Of a stretch of DNA of 64,000 nucleotides, positions 49,501-62,132 are shown in pieces; position 1 is the first letter of the stretch; each line of letters opens with the position of its first letter. The translations under genes and the position numbers were made by a program. Source of the DNA: Dipteris shenzhenensis. Taxonomy: Eukaryota. The stretch is from the NCBI GenBank assembly GCA_047967505.1, contig CM106538.1; one strand, given 5' to 3'. The notes under the pieces were generated by a model, which was given only the letters and a program-made list of their open reading frames with translations, was not told the origin of the DNA and did no database searches.

Positions 49501-52500
49501 TGATTGTTGATTGGCAAGTAATCCTGCAATACCTCTGTTGGTATGGACGTCCACCAAATATGGGGAACAATATGGCATTGGAGAGCATACATTGGAGCGG
49601 ACTCTTTGCTACATCTCTTGTTGTGATAGAACCCCGAAAAGCGTAGATTCTTGCCTGCAAAGGTGTCAAATATGTGCAGGATGTCATTCAAGATTATGGC
49701 AGTTTCATGTCATTTCCTAAAGTAAATAGGCGTGACGGTTTGGGCATGCACTCCAAGCCTATATAGAACAAGCTACGGGATTTGCTTTCAGCCCTTGCTC
49801 CCAATTCCGCATCTTCAGGAGCAAGATCAATTGGAGGATTGGAAACTTGAAAGACTAGAGACTGGTTATCAAAACCTTCCGATGATGAAACTGACTATTG
49901 TGAGAGCGTATCGGCTTCTGATCCTCATGCCGTGGTGGATACAAAATCATGCTACCGAGCTTTGGCGGAAGAATAAACCGTTTAAATGGTGGAAAGATCC
50001 TTATGTATCATATGGAAGAATGGGCTTCCTCTAAAGCAGAAGGTCTTCATGTGGCGGTGTTTGCTGGGGCTCGACGCCGCATTGCACCTACGCATTGTTT
50101 GTGTTGCTCTTATCCCAGAGAAACAATTCTACATCTCTTGTGGACTTGCTCGGCTACCAAGAATCTCCTTGGGGCCCTTTCAGTTGGCCTTCGAGTTCAC
50201 TTCCCTTCGCATACCTTCTCCTAGCAGTTTTGGATATTCGGACAATATCACTCATCCCTTGTTGACTATAGCCCATTGTTTTTATGGGTTAGATTTACTG
50301 CATACTGGACCATCTGGCATGATAGAAACCATCGCATGTCCTCTCATGCTCCTTTAGATACCTATGCATCCTTCAAGCATTCTTTGCATATGCCAATATG
50401 ATGCTTATCATACAAGTGGCATTTCTCTGTATCTCTTAGAACTGTTTTTCCACTGCTTCTAGCTTCCACACTCACTGGCAGGATTGGTATATTGTTTTAA
50501 TTAATTGAATTAGTGGTTTCACAAAATGTGTGTGTGTGTGTGTGTGTGTGTCTACACACACACATATATGCATGTATGTATATGTAGATACCTACATACA
50601 TACAAGCATGTGTGTGTGTGTGTGTAGATATATATAGATACACACTCTTTAAATCGTGAAATCCATGTCTTTCTATATTACAAGAAGCATTCCCCAAAGA
50701 GGAAACATGCAATGACAAACACCAGAAGATTTCAATATAAGACAAGTAGATAGAGGAATCTATCTGACACATAGGCTTACCTCAACAAAGTTGAAAAGAT
50801 GGATACCAGTAGTATACCACACAAGGCGAATGGAAGCTACACATACAATGGGCTGGAATAGAGAGGGGATGAAGTGGATGGAGTCATGGGGTATAACAGA
50901 CACTGATATACCTGAAGATGCATGTGAAATAAGGGAGATTCTGGCACACTAAATGCTACATAAACTCTGGCAAAACCTAGGAACAAAAAATGCACTTTTT
51001 ATAAGCAGGAAATTAACTCAATGGATAGCTATGGAATGCAGAAATACCTCGGGGAAGACATTTCAACATAAGGCATCTAATTTGCAAAATCAGAACTAGT
51101 TCACATGATCTTGAGGTAGAGAGGGGTAGATGGGCAAGACCCAAGATTCCCAGATAGGAGAGAACCTGCAAAATCTGCCCCACAGGAGAGGTAGAAATGA
51201 ACAGGATGTACTCCTAAGATTTAGAGCCTATGCACACATCAGAGAAGGAAGGGCAGGAAAGATCTAAAAAATCTGCTAGAGCAGCCAGCCAAAAAGCTAG
51301 GAGGCTACTTGGAAGAAATTCTGGAACATTGCAACAAAGTTTTGGCTTCTGACATTCTCTCACGTAACATTCAAATGTATCCAATGTATCCCTTTCAATT
51401 ACCTGAACATCTACTTGGCATAGTAGCACCCAAAATTTTTGTAAGACACAGGTCTCGAGTTCGAACCGTATGAGAGCAACACACTACCATTTCAACACAT
51501 GTGCGATGCCACATCATCCAATCACGTCATCAGGTGCCATGTAAGCATACCACGTCAACAAGGAGCAGGTGACAACGTCAGCGTGCCATGTCAAAAAGGA
51601 GCGGGTGACACGTGGTGGAGTTGGGAAGTACGTGTGGCGGTTGCACAACCAGGACACATGGCGGCAGTACAGTTCTAACAAGTGGCAGCATGGGGTGGAA
51701 GACACGTGGCAACAAGATAGGGCCTCGAGTACGGCTAAGTGACGGTGCAAGAAGCTGCAGGGGTAGCGGGCGACCAATGGAAGGATAGTAAGGTGGCACG
51801 GCAAGAGAGAGAAAGAAAGTCTATTAACCCTCTAGTACAACTGCTATAGGGAGGGCGCATGGCAGCTCCCAAGGAGTGCAAATTTAGAGTACCTACATAA
51901 TAGTCCGAAAGAGTAATCAACCATACATCAGTTTAAGACTGAGAGTCTTTTGGTTTTGATTTAAACTCTCTGATTAGGGCTACGCCTTCATGATAAACTG
52001 CCCATTTTCCATCCTTTCTGGCAGCCCTAACTTTAGCTAATTCACTTGCCTTATTTTTGAGTTCAGCTTGTGTAAGCTCCTCAACTATCCATACTTTGGT
52101 ACCCTTCAGCTTGTAAGATTGTCGAAGAAGCTTGATTCGCATATTTTTTGACTTCAGTGTAAGGATTGCATGACCTTTGTAGTGCATAATAGAAGCGGGC
52201 CTGGAGTCGTCATCATCCTGCTCATCATCATCTGTTCATTCAATGTTGGGCAAGCCTGCTTTGATCTTTGTCAATATTTCACTATAAGTGTCCTCTTCTT
52301 TGTACCAATCTTCTGGAATTCCGCCTATTCGAATCTTCAGCGCATTATCACATCTAGCTTCATGTTCTTTAATCTCTGCTTCAATATCAGACTTATTTGC
52401 TTTGGTGTCCACTTCCACAATCACTTCCTTCTTAGCCGTTTGTACTTCAATGTGAACAAGATCTTTGACTGTAGAGACTAGCTGTGGGGTAGGGGAGGAG

Positions 52501-55500
52501 TCCTTACAAGATTTATTACAGCCTCATCAATTACTGCCTGCTTACCACACCCTTCCAGTATGTGAAGTCGAGCTTTTACTTCTGCTAGTTCCAATTGTAG
52601 CTCTCTCACTGCTTGCTGTAGATAAAAAATATGATCCTATTGCCCAAGGATGGGTCGTTTGGAGCCTTCTTGTTGATAATTGCATGCATACGGAGAGGGT
52701 GTCATTGCTGCAACTGTAGAGTACTTAGACCTGATCGAGGTTGAAGGAGTTGAAGGGGACTTGGAGGAGAGGATAGGCCAGTCCATAATTGGCTGTCTGG
52801 AGAACCCCCTAGCTAAACCTAACCCCCGGGTTGGGTTGGGGGTTTAGCCCAACTCGGGGTTAGGGTTAGGGTGCAAGAAAGAGGGAGGGAGTGAGGGATA
52901 AGGGGAGAGCAAGAGTGTGAGAACAGAGAAGGAAAAGAGAGAGTGAGGGATCGAACAGAGACGTGAGAGGAGAGAGAGTGAGGAGAGGGGGGTAGATATG
53001 GCTGTATTAAAGTCCACATGAGATCCTTCAAGATCTATGGGACTAGTGATCACTATCAACTAATAGCGATCCCTTGCATCTAGTGAGAGAAAGTATAACA
53101 AACTTGTCATCTATTGAGTACTTGTTGGGCTAGCTTGTGTGCTAGACCCAATGCTTTTGATTGAGAAGGTATTTCACCATGCTGTACATATTAAATTCAG
53201 AAAATAGAGTGTTCTTGGTGATGTCTCAATTCCAATCGGCATACACCAATTAGCGCCATAAGGCAGAAAGATTGGTATAACTTTTGTTCGCGACCCCTGT
53301 TCAAGGTGTTGTAAAAAGAAAAATATGTTTTCTACAATCAACAATTGTATCAGATCTGATTCAGCAAAGGTGTCCAAGACTAACAATTCATAGTGCATTC
53401 CTAAAGATTTTGTACACGGGTTTTCTGTCTGAGTCTAGTAACTTTGAAGACTTCATCAGAAATCTGAAACCGGTGAATATTTGGACCTAGAGGGATTCCT
53501 CTAGCTCTCAGTGAACCTGCAACGCTACATGTTCAACTCCTCACCAAAAGAGATGATGGCTGACTCCCCATCCATCTTCATCTCCGAGGAGAAACCTTCC
53601 CAACTGGATAAAGTGAAACTCTGACAAAACAAGCTCTTTTACCAGAATAAGGTAACAAATCCTTAAGATGAAGCCCCAATCCTCAGGCAATTTCCAATCA
53701 TCATGGAATTTAACTTCTTTTACAACTTCAAAAGATGCAAGAAGCTCAATCACTGTACAATTGGGGATCAGAAATGTGAGGGTGAAGGGCAGGGCCGACG
53801 CAGGCTATTGAAAAGTCCGATCAAAGGTAGTCCACGTTCAATTTATCCAAGCTATAACTGCAAGACTATTTCATTTTAGTCTCTCCTAAACAAAGCTCAT
53901 AGGGCAATAAATCATTATAAATAGAAAGAATTAACAAAACATCAGCAAACCGTGACTTGGATGAGAAGTTCACAACTTGAAACTTGCAGGTCTACGAATA
54001 TGAAGGAGACATATAGATGAATGCACTAACATGCACAAACTTATCATCTAAAAATAAAACAAATAGTGCAGTTTTAACCTCAAGATGGCCACCCATAAGG
54101 TTGAAAATGATATACTCCATCAGCCATAGCGAGGACTAGTTACCATGCATCCCCATTGATGTTATCTTGGTTTAGTAAAATAGATAAATTTCTGAACAAT
54201 AAGGTCAAAAGCGGGGAGAGAGAGACAGAGAGAGCACTTACCTGCAAATTCCTCTTATGTTTGTGTCCCAAGATCTGTTGTATATGCTTCAGATATCGGA
54301 TATCCGGCATGCTACCAATGTTAGATACCACCACTTAGTCTATGGTCAAAAATAAAATTTTCATATGAGGTGTACAAAACTCCTCAGAAGACAAAAATCT
54401 TTTTTCTGTTATTCCTTTGTATGAAGAAATTGTAAAATACAATCATGCTTATAATGCGATTTCCAAAAGTTTTGAGACTTTGATCTTGACACACAAGAAA
54501 TAACTGTATGTTTTTTGTAAAAGCCCATGTGGGGTCGTACTTTACAATGGAAATGGTCCTCTAGGATTTGTAAACAGGAATCCTCAAATGTGCTACATCT
54601 GCTCCTCCCCTCCCCCCAGCGTGCAAAGCACAAGTCTACTAGTGGTTTAAGGCCTACAATCAACCCCAGATCCAGGCAATGTCTCCCCTTGTAGAGCACA
54701 TAGTGTGGAGCTTTATCCACTGCAATTGTCTCCAGAAAAAAACTTCCTTTTTACAGTTAGTCCTCTAGTTCCACACGGATTCCATGATCCTAGTCCAGAT
54801 TCCATAGGAACTTATACCACAGGTTCATCCTGAAAAAAACTAGTGGCATTCTCAATGCAAGGCTCATTAAAAGGGCTGTCAGAGGATTTGGTGTCAAAAA
54901 TTCCACTCTACTATCACGGGAACTTGGATCTTGCGACCGTGTAGGTATACACTTGTGCAAGTTTGTCACTGTGCACCACAAGAAGAACACAAGGAACAAG
55001 CAGCTGCTCCAATGTGGAACATGAATGAAAACCGCAAGAGACATGAGTCCATAGGGAGAACACTAGCACAAAATGAATTATCATGCAGTGATGATGCCCT
55101 GGGTGAGCTATTTTTTTAATGGTATCAGAGTGACATGCTCACTTCTAATGTTCCAATTGTATTGGAACAACATAGAAACATCATACAATGACACAAACCA
55201 TTAAACAAGAAAGATTACTTACAATTGTAGTGCTGCAGCCGTGTGAAAATACACGATAATATAAGGTTTATGAATGAGATGTTCAAATTCCTGCAAGAAG
55301 AAAACAAGGCATATTACATCTGCAGAAAATTTGATTAGTGAATTACCTTCACATTCTCTTTCTAAAACAGTTCAATTATTTATAAATGGGTAATTCTTGT
55401 GAGCATGCCGTTAGCTACTTTTCCTCATCAGTGTGGACATCTCAGCAGCACTTCACCGGGGAGATTTTGCCCACATTTCAATCCTTCAGTAGGTCCATAC

Positions 55501-55532
55501 TCTAAACTAGTTTTGCCCCACACACACACTTT

Positions 55533-55563
<31 letters not shown>

Positions 55564-58100
55564 GTTAAAAGAAAGTTTGCATTAAGAAAGCATTTACATT
55601 CATAGTACACACACACACATGCACGTATGCACACATATATATATATATGACCTTAATTAATGGTTGTGATGACCTGTGACCCCTTAGAGGAAAACTATTC
55701 AGAAATGAAGAGGGTAGATGAAAAAAGCAGGATCTTAAAGCTCTACACAAAATGCATGAAAAATACATTCACAAAAGGAAAAGAAAAGCTCAATGCAAGT
55801 GAGTGTAAAGAAAACAACATGGCAAGAGTAACCTATTGAGAACATCATGGCACTGATATACTATCTGCCAAGAGTAACCCTTTGTAGTTGGATTCTATGA
55901 ACTCCGACATAACACGGGGACTGTCCATATGGAAATAACTTTGTCTATCAAGAACCATGTTCCAAACATCATCCAAGAGTTTCTCATTCGACTACCAAGC
56001 CTTATCCCCCTACTGAGCATGAACCTATGAAGAAAACAAGCATATATGACTCTTCTACAGCAAAGATCAGGTTTGCCACCCTTGTTAGCATGTGAAGAAT
56101 CTCTTAGATGTACTAATGTCTGCAACTAGCATGAGCTCGAGTTCCTCTCGCCCAATCAGTTCTGAAGGGCAAGCGAGCAGCAAACCAACAAGCTAAGAGG
56201 CACCAAGACATGGATATCAGAGGAGCTCACCCCAACTCAGCTTAAGATGAAAGCCATAGAATTAACTAAAATGAAGGAAGCTCGCAAGGAAGGTAAATGG
56301 GCTGTTTACAGAGATGGGAAGCACTTATTAGAGACTTCGGATGCAAATCCAAAGGCACTAAGTCTTAAACTGATGTAATGAAGGACATTTTTATCATAGT
56401 ACTATAATCTAGATGTGTGCTATAATAATAACCTCAACCCTCTGGTATATCCAAATGTTTTAAGTCATCTTTTTTTGGTGTGTGCTTTGTCCCATAGGCC
56501 CGTGAGGTCTCCCGAGGACGTTAATATATCTTTCTTTCTCAAACAAAAAAAAGTGCTTCTTTCTTCTTGGTGTTTTTTGAGTGAAAGTGGACTTCTACTT
56601 AAGTATGACCAACATACAAAAAACCAAGATAAAATCTTATAAGAGACTCATCTAAAATCATGCAGAGAATAAATGGGGCCGTTGTAGCCAATCCAAGAGT
56701 GAAAATGCCAAGAAAAGACCAAGGCCCTGCTCTCTCATGAAAGAAAACGCTTTTGATAATTAACGCTTCACAAGATCCTATTCAAGGAAGGAAATTGGGT
56801 GCTTTTGAGGTTCAAGAAGGGGATTGGCAAGCTAAAGGGAAAGCAAAAGGTGTATGCAAAGTTATCTCCCAGATACTATGGCCCTTTCAGGGTTACAGAA
56901 GAGATTAATGAGGCTGCGTACAGGTTGGCACTGGAGGATTCACAATGCTTTTCATGTGAGTCTTCTAAAGAAATTTCAAGGAACAGAGCCTACAAAGGCA
57001 GTAACAGAGGATCCACCAGAAGTGGATGAGCTGGAGGAGATCCTTCAGCTAGAGCAGATTGTGTACACAAAGGCCCCTAGGGCAAGGAATTTTACAGACA
57101 CCTTGTAAAGTTCAAGAATTACTCGGCATTTGATGCCAAGTGGATGGATGAAGATATATTGTCTGAATATCCACAGCTTTTAGATGTTTACAAGGAAGCT
57201 TTTTAGTTGAGGTCAACTAAATAGAAGCCGAGGGGATGTCACCAAGCTGTAAATATTCCGAAGTCAAAGCATACATTGACCATTTATTGATCATAATTAA
57301 TGAGTTCTTTATTTATTTAATTATGTTCAAAGAGTCACTTTCATTTGGTCAAAGTCTTGACTCTAGTCAAAGATATTTAACCTCGATTAAGCAAGTCTAG
57401 CCTTGTCTAGGAAGATCTGGCTTCGGCCAAGCTCGTTAACCACGGTTAACCAAGCAACTAAAGTGCTGACCTCGGTTAGAGAGTGTTGACTTCGGTCAAT
57501 GAGATTGGGCGTTATGCCAGAGATGTGCCAACTTCGGTTGGAGAGACCTATTTATAATTAAGGTGCCTTGACCAAAGCCCCTAATTATGAACAAGAGGGT
57601 TGACTTCGGTCAACCAGAGAATTAAAAGTATATGTGCACATGTTATTTGTTCAGTGAGGATGCCCACAAGTGACTAGGATTAGTCTATAGTTTATTTGCA
57701 TGCAAAAGCGCTAACGATTAATGGGTGCCATGGCGATGTGTGCTTAAATTAATGGTTGCAAGTACTAAGAGGGGTCAAACACCCAAGCAACACGAGCTTA
57801 GCAAGAACTCAAGAGATCACCCGCGTGACTAAGTGCTAAGAAGGTTTCAAGGCTTTACCCTTTGAGGCATGTAATGAGAGTCTAGTTAGAAATTAGCTAG
57901 GCTAGTGACAAGTGGCTATTGCCAAAAGAATGAGCTTGGGGGCTCTTGTAATTTGATTCACGTTTGAAGTTTGTGTAATAACAGCTCTACACTAAACTCT
58001 CTGTGTTCAGAATTTTCCAAGTAATAAAGACCTTCAGGGGGGTCCAAGCTGACTGTTGTCCTGGGCCCTAGTGTGCTGTGTGTGAAAGAGAGAGAGAGAG

Positions 58101-58141
<41 letters not shown>

Positions 58142-61100
58142 TGTTTGCAATGTTCACAATGAGAGAGAAAGAGTTGTTAGTATTGATGAAAGGTTGCAGG
58201 AGTCCTCCAAGGGAGTCCCCTAACCTGACCATGTGGAGGAGAGGGAGGGTCCAAATCCATAGGTGTCTCCATCTACTTCTCTACCTCAAGCTTTTCTTTT
58301 CTTTGCATAGTGTCTCTTTCTTGCAACTAACATGCAAAAGGGATTCAAGGATGCACAATAACCAGTTGCATGGTGTACATAGCATTTGATTACTAGTGTG
58401 GCCTCTTGTTATCGTGAGAATGATGTTCTAGAATTGGATCCAGGAGACACCTAGAGGAACCTATGAAGGAGATGCTTGCGTCGGTAGTGGTGTGGGGAAG
58501 GATGCTAGGTGGGCTCCTACTGATGCAATCTTGACTCGCCACCCTGCCTGCCCTTGGATGGCCAGCAAACCTTGGCTAAGATTCTTACAACGATGTCACT
58601 ATCGTCAAAGCCTTGCAAGCTCCAACCGCTGGAGCACCACCCCTCCAAAAAGGGTCTCCAAAGACTGATGATACTTTTGCATCCCTCTGGCATGGCCAGA
58701 TACCTAGGGATCTAATGGCATGTCTCTATCTCATCCATAGTGAAGCTGTGGTACCAACGTATGAAGAAAACCAAATGGGGCCTCACTATACATGGCAGAA
58801 CTTCGGACAAGTGTCCGACTCCCTTCTCTGGAACAAACATTTAGATAAAGAAAACTCCACGTTCCATATATGCTCACATCCTAGATGTGATCACCTTCTA
58901 AAGCCAGGCTCACCTAAACTCAATCATGGACCTCTCACCTGTTGGGAGTAATGTCTACTAGACGCTTGATGATAGCTCGAACATTGAGCTACTATACTGC
59001 AATCTTAACCCGCTTCTTGTCCTATAGCGAAAGCACGATGTGGTAAGAGGTGAGAATCGAGGATGCTGCCATTTAAGATCCTTTGGCCTGACCTGCAGGG
59101 GTCACCTTACCTACCACACAAAAACTGGCGTGCACATTGTTCCCAAGAGGGCCTGAAAGCGGAGGTGGGAAGAAGGTAGATATGAAGAAAGGAGTGGAGC
59201 AGGAAGGGGAGGAGGAGCAGGAGTGTGGAAGGGGAGGAGTCGAAAGAGAACGGGAAACGAATGGAAATTAAGAAAGAGGGGGGGATAGAAGTAAATACAG
59301 GAGGTGAAGAAGACGGGGATAGAAGGAAAAGAAGGGGTGGGGGGGGAAAAGAAAGGGAGGATAAAAGTGAAGAAATAGGGGTAGAAAGGGATTTATGTTT
59401 GTGTTTATATTTCTGTTAAATTTTTTAAGGAAGGTGGCACGGAAGAGCGTAGGGCAGAAACGTTCCCTAGGGCTGTCAAGAGCCCAAGGACAGAAGCTAG
59501 CTCATGGGGCTGTAGGTGGCAGCCCAGGGGGGAGAGATGAGTAATGAAGTGGAGGAAGGGGAGGCGTAGGGGTAGGAAAGCCCACCAAGGGGTTATGGGA
59601 TGAGCAGCACTCAACAGGCCCTTAGCAGGCTGTTGGCATCTCTGCAAGGTGTGAGGGAGTGGAGAAGGGAAAGCGCCCCCCCCGCTGGGGGGGGGGAGGA
59701 AGAAGTTGCTGTGCGCAGGAGTATAGAGGGCAGAGCGGAAGAGCTAAGGAGGCTGAAGGGAAAGTGGGGAAGCTGGGGGAAGGGGTGGCAAAGCGGACTG
59801 AGGGAGAGAGGGCTGCATGGGACTAGTTCGACAAGCACGTGCTCCCATAAAGCCTTTTTTTCCAGCAGCATTGAATATGGAGTTTGTGAAGTCCCCATGC
59901 ATGGCCGGGGGCAGGGGGGGGACAATTTGAAAATTTTGGGATCATTCTTTTCTTCTATTTCACAAAATCAGAGCTGCAACCTTAGTCGCGATGCTGTCGT
60001 GAAGAATTTTCTGAGGGTGCAAGCCCCTTTGCACCCAGTAATAAAGTTTACTTTCAGACAGCTTCAGGAAACTGAACATGAAAGCAATTGAGATACACCA
60101 ATTAAAAAGGGACAAGAAGGCCTTGCCTTTACAACATACAGGAGGAACTGTTCTAAATCCAGACAGCGCAGTAAAAAATGTGCACCCACCACTACCATCA
60201 CTTGTCGCCCCTGAATATCCAATCCACCATGATACCTTCAAAGCAATGCCCAATGTCCAATGATCAAATAGAATGTTCCAAAAACTAATAGAAAAAAACA
60301 AAGTTCAATCTACACCTTGCAATGCAATAGCATGACTAGTCCCCCCTCAAGGGTCCCATGTATATGTAGTGTATCTCAACTACTTCACATTGAAAATACA
60401 ACTCAATCTAAGCAACTAGAAAGGGCAGTCACTCACAGTATCCTCATTTCTGCAGCTTCTGACAGATTAACAACATTGGCTCTTGCTAGATATCTGGCAT
60501 GAAGTGGAGCCTCCTCAAATATTGCCCCACCATTACCCTGGTGACCCCCCCACTGCCAAATCCAAGAAGCATGTGCTTGTGTAGCTCGCTCCCACTGTTC
60601 CTCTCGTCTCTGGTCTGGGTCTTCAGTCATTGACAAAAAAGAAGCATCTACCAGGGATGTTTTAGAGTCAAGCTTCCTGCAAACTACAAATAAAGCATCA
60701 GTAGACAGATTTACAGGAACAATTCTCATATAAACAATTTGAAATGCTAGGATTACCCGCGAGGCAAAACTGGCAGATTCACATCCGCGGAAACAGGAGA
60801 CCTTGGTTCAGCAGCCAGATCAGAAACACCTGGAAGTGCTGTTATCCTGATTTTACGTTCAGAGATTACGGCATCTCCATTCTCATCTCCAACATCTGCT
60901 GGTAGATTCAGCAAGGCATTGTCCTCTTCAGGTTTATTCCTAGGAAAGTAGAGCAGCAATAATCTGCAATTTACATGAAATTCATAATCTCAGTGAGTGG
61001 ACACACAGCCACTTCAACTCTTACGAACATTGAAGGGAAAAGCAACATGAGGTTCTGACCTTTCATAAATCTCTGAGTCCATTGATACTGAAAGGCAAAA

Positions 61101-61887
61101 AACTACAGCACTCACTTTGTCTTTATGCTTTTCTAAAAAGCGCCGCACAGTACCTGGACCATTGAAGTACTTTCTTTTTAAAAAGCAACTTCTCTACCTG
61201 TACACTGCTTGCAATAGGGATAGACTACACAAACTTACGTAAGGCTACATGTGCAGCTTGTTCCCTAGGATACCCTTTCGCCTCCGTGTAAATAGAGCCC
61301 AATGCAATGCTGCAAGAGTAAAACTATTTGAAGTAAAATGTAGCACATCACTATATTCTCATTGTGAAACAGCATATTGTGGCTTCACTCTCTTTTCCCA
61401 GAAACCAAAAAAAAAAGAAACCTGTGAAGCCCTTGCTCAATTAGCAGCTCAAGGCAGGATCGATAGCAATGACTTAAAGCAGTTTCTGCAGCTGAATGGT
61501 ACTTTTCCACGTATTTTGGCCCAACTGTATGTATAACCCTTCTGTAGCAATGTCAGGAACAACGCAAGACCAAAACTTGCAGGTGAGTTTAGCATTCATT
61601 AGGTAGAATTTTATGCTGAATGTTGGTGCAAAACTTCAAGAAGGATCACCTTGCTGGTAGATCATAAGCACCTGTAGCTTGTGCCATCCCAGTTCTACAC
61701 CCGCCCTAGATGTGTATCAGACAGCATAAATTTAAAACACATTCATTAATTTCAACTGAAAGCTTTTATTCAGCAGGCATGGCATCATGAAGAATTAATC
61801 TCATCTTACCAAAGTGGCACATTCCTGCGCAAGCCCTGGGCCAGCAGCTGCGTGCAGCCCTGGGCTACTTTCTTTGACATCAAGATT
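43280..61887 (-). CDS. GDAP2: GDAP2 homologue (macro domain + CRAL-TRIO/SEC14), 13 coding exons visible (437 aa), 5' exons outside the window
   Basis: Exons 61810-61887, 61650-61705, 61422-61541, 61239-61309, 61060-61153, 60757-60963, 60437-60676, 60127-60235, 55223-55290, 54242-54311, 43822-43896, 43587-43678, 43280-43313 splice in frame. Motifs LHAAAGPGLAQEC, GGCRTG, RVIHTVGPKY, ALSHCYRSCLE, TVRRFLEK, LPADVGDENG, VMVVVGAHFLLRCLDLE, IVYFH, VHPTLGLK, VWKKVVYVD, VPDFVFQHD. Confidence 0.96.
44760..45300 (+). mobile_element. Heavily degraded gypsy-type gag remnant (GDAP2 intron)
   Basis: AADRWW...VMWEKFK and IKMEVRCKYANMLDDAIVIA resemble a retrotransposon capsid. Confidence 0.45.
45650..46480 (-). 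mobile_element. 3' end of an RTEX-like non-LTR retrotransposon
   Basis: QLCIESG...IPREGHICTLC...DSEKHFAFRCSVYYGIR C-terminal CCHC knuckle (ORF 46156-46374). Confidence 0.6.
47248..48250 (-). mobile_element. Copia-type element remnant: gag (UBN2-like) followed by PPT and 295-bp 3' LTR, without pol
   Basis: TPKQIWDHLETLF...LKLKFYDLKMEESDELSDHL. PPT AAAGGGGGG at 47543-47551. LTR 47248-47542 (TG...CA). Confidence 0.8.
48390..50350 (+). mobile_element. L1-clade LINE ORF2 remnant (RT + zf-RVT), 5'-truncated
   Basis: QYGFVPRRQIHDNI, VDIDKAFD..W, RQGCPL, QAYADD, IWKNGLPLKQKVFMWRCL, C..C..ETILHLLWTC; frameshifts. Confidence 0.92.
51030..51340 (+). mobile_element. Second RTEX-like LINE 3' fragment
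   Basis: RTSSHDLEVERGRWARPKIPR*ERTCKICPTGEVE at ~51092-51200. Confidence 0.65.
51933..52440 (-). pseudogene. LINE ORF1-like (coiled coil + RRM/CTD) reading frame with one stop
   Basis: EIKEHEARCDNALKIRIGGIPE ... KLKGTKVWIVEELT...RAARKDGKWAV, resembling L1/CR1-type ORF1 C-termini. ORFs 52236-52424 and 51933-52187 are in one frame. Confidence 0.6.
56170..56380 (+). mobile_element. Second, truncated copy of the ORF1-like module
   Basis: KLRGTKTWISEELTPTQLK...EARKEGKWAVYRDG, followed by the same AGTCTTAAACTGATGTA. Confidence 0.65.
56770..58080 (+). mobile_element. Chromoviral gypsy 3' end: integrase C-terminus, chromodomain, PPT, LTR from 57237
   Basis: KLSPRYYGPF, IHNAFHVSLLK, LVKFKNYSAFDAKW; GAGGGGA TGTCA at 57230-57241. 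Right LTR edge approximate. Confidence 0.85.
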
Positions 61888-62132
61888 CTGCAAACCGACA
61901 CAGGGGGATCAAAATCTAAGGAAAATTCAGGGGCTGCCCAAGTAAAATCCATGCATCATTCTATGATTTAAGCTCAATATTTACAAATCTAAAGTCAGGT
62001 AGGAATTAGCAACGGCTGCTAATATAAACTTTCCTTTCAGATTCTTGAGTTAAATCAAACTTGATCCCTCAATATGGCTAAATATAATCAAGATCACAAT
62101 AAAGATTCAAGTTCATGGGCATCTAAAGCCCG

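Noticed and set aside
53170-55080. Exon-like stretches in GDAP2 introns other than 54242-54311
   Set aside because: Stops in all frames, no recognisable protein, and not needed for the GDAP2 frame.
55120-55130. TGGTATCAGAG PBS-like motif
   Set aside because: Not preceded by an LTR CA end and no element context.
58400-59950. Possible decayed minus-strand ORF region within a GDAP2 intron
   Set aside because: Too many stops and no motif; cannot be assigned.
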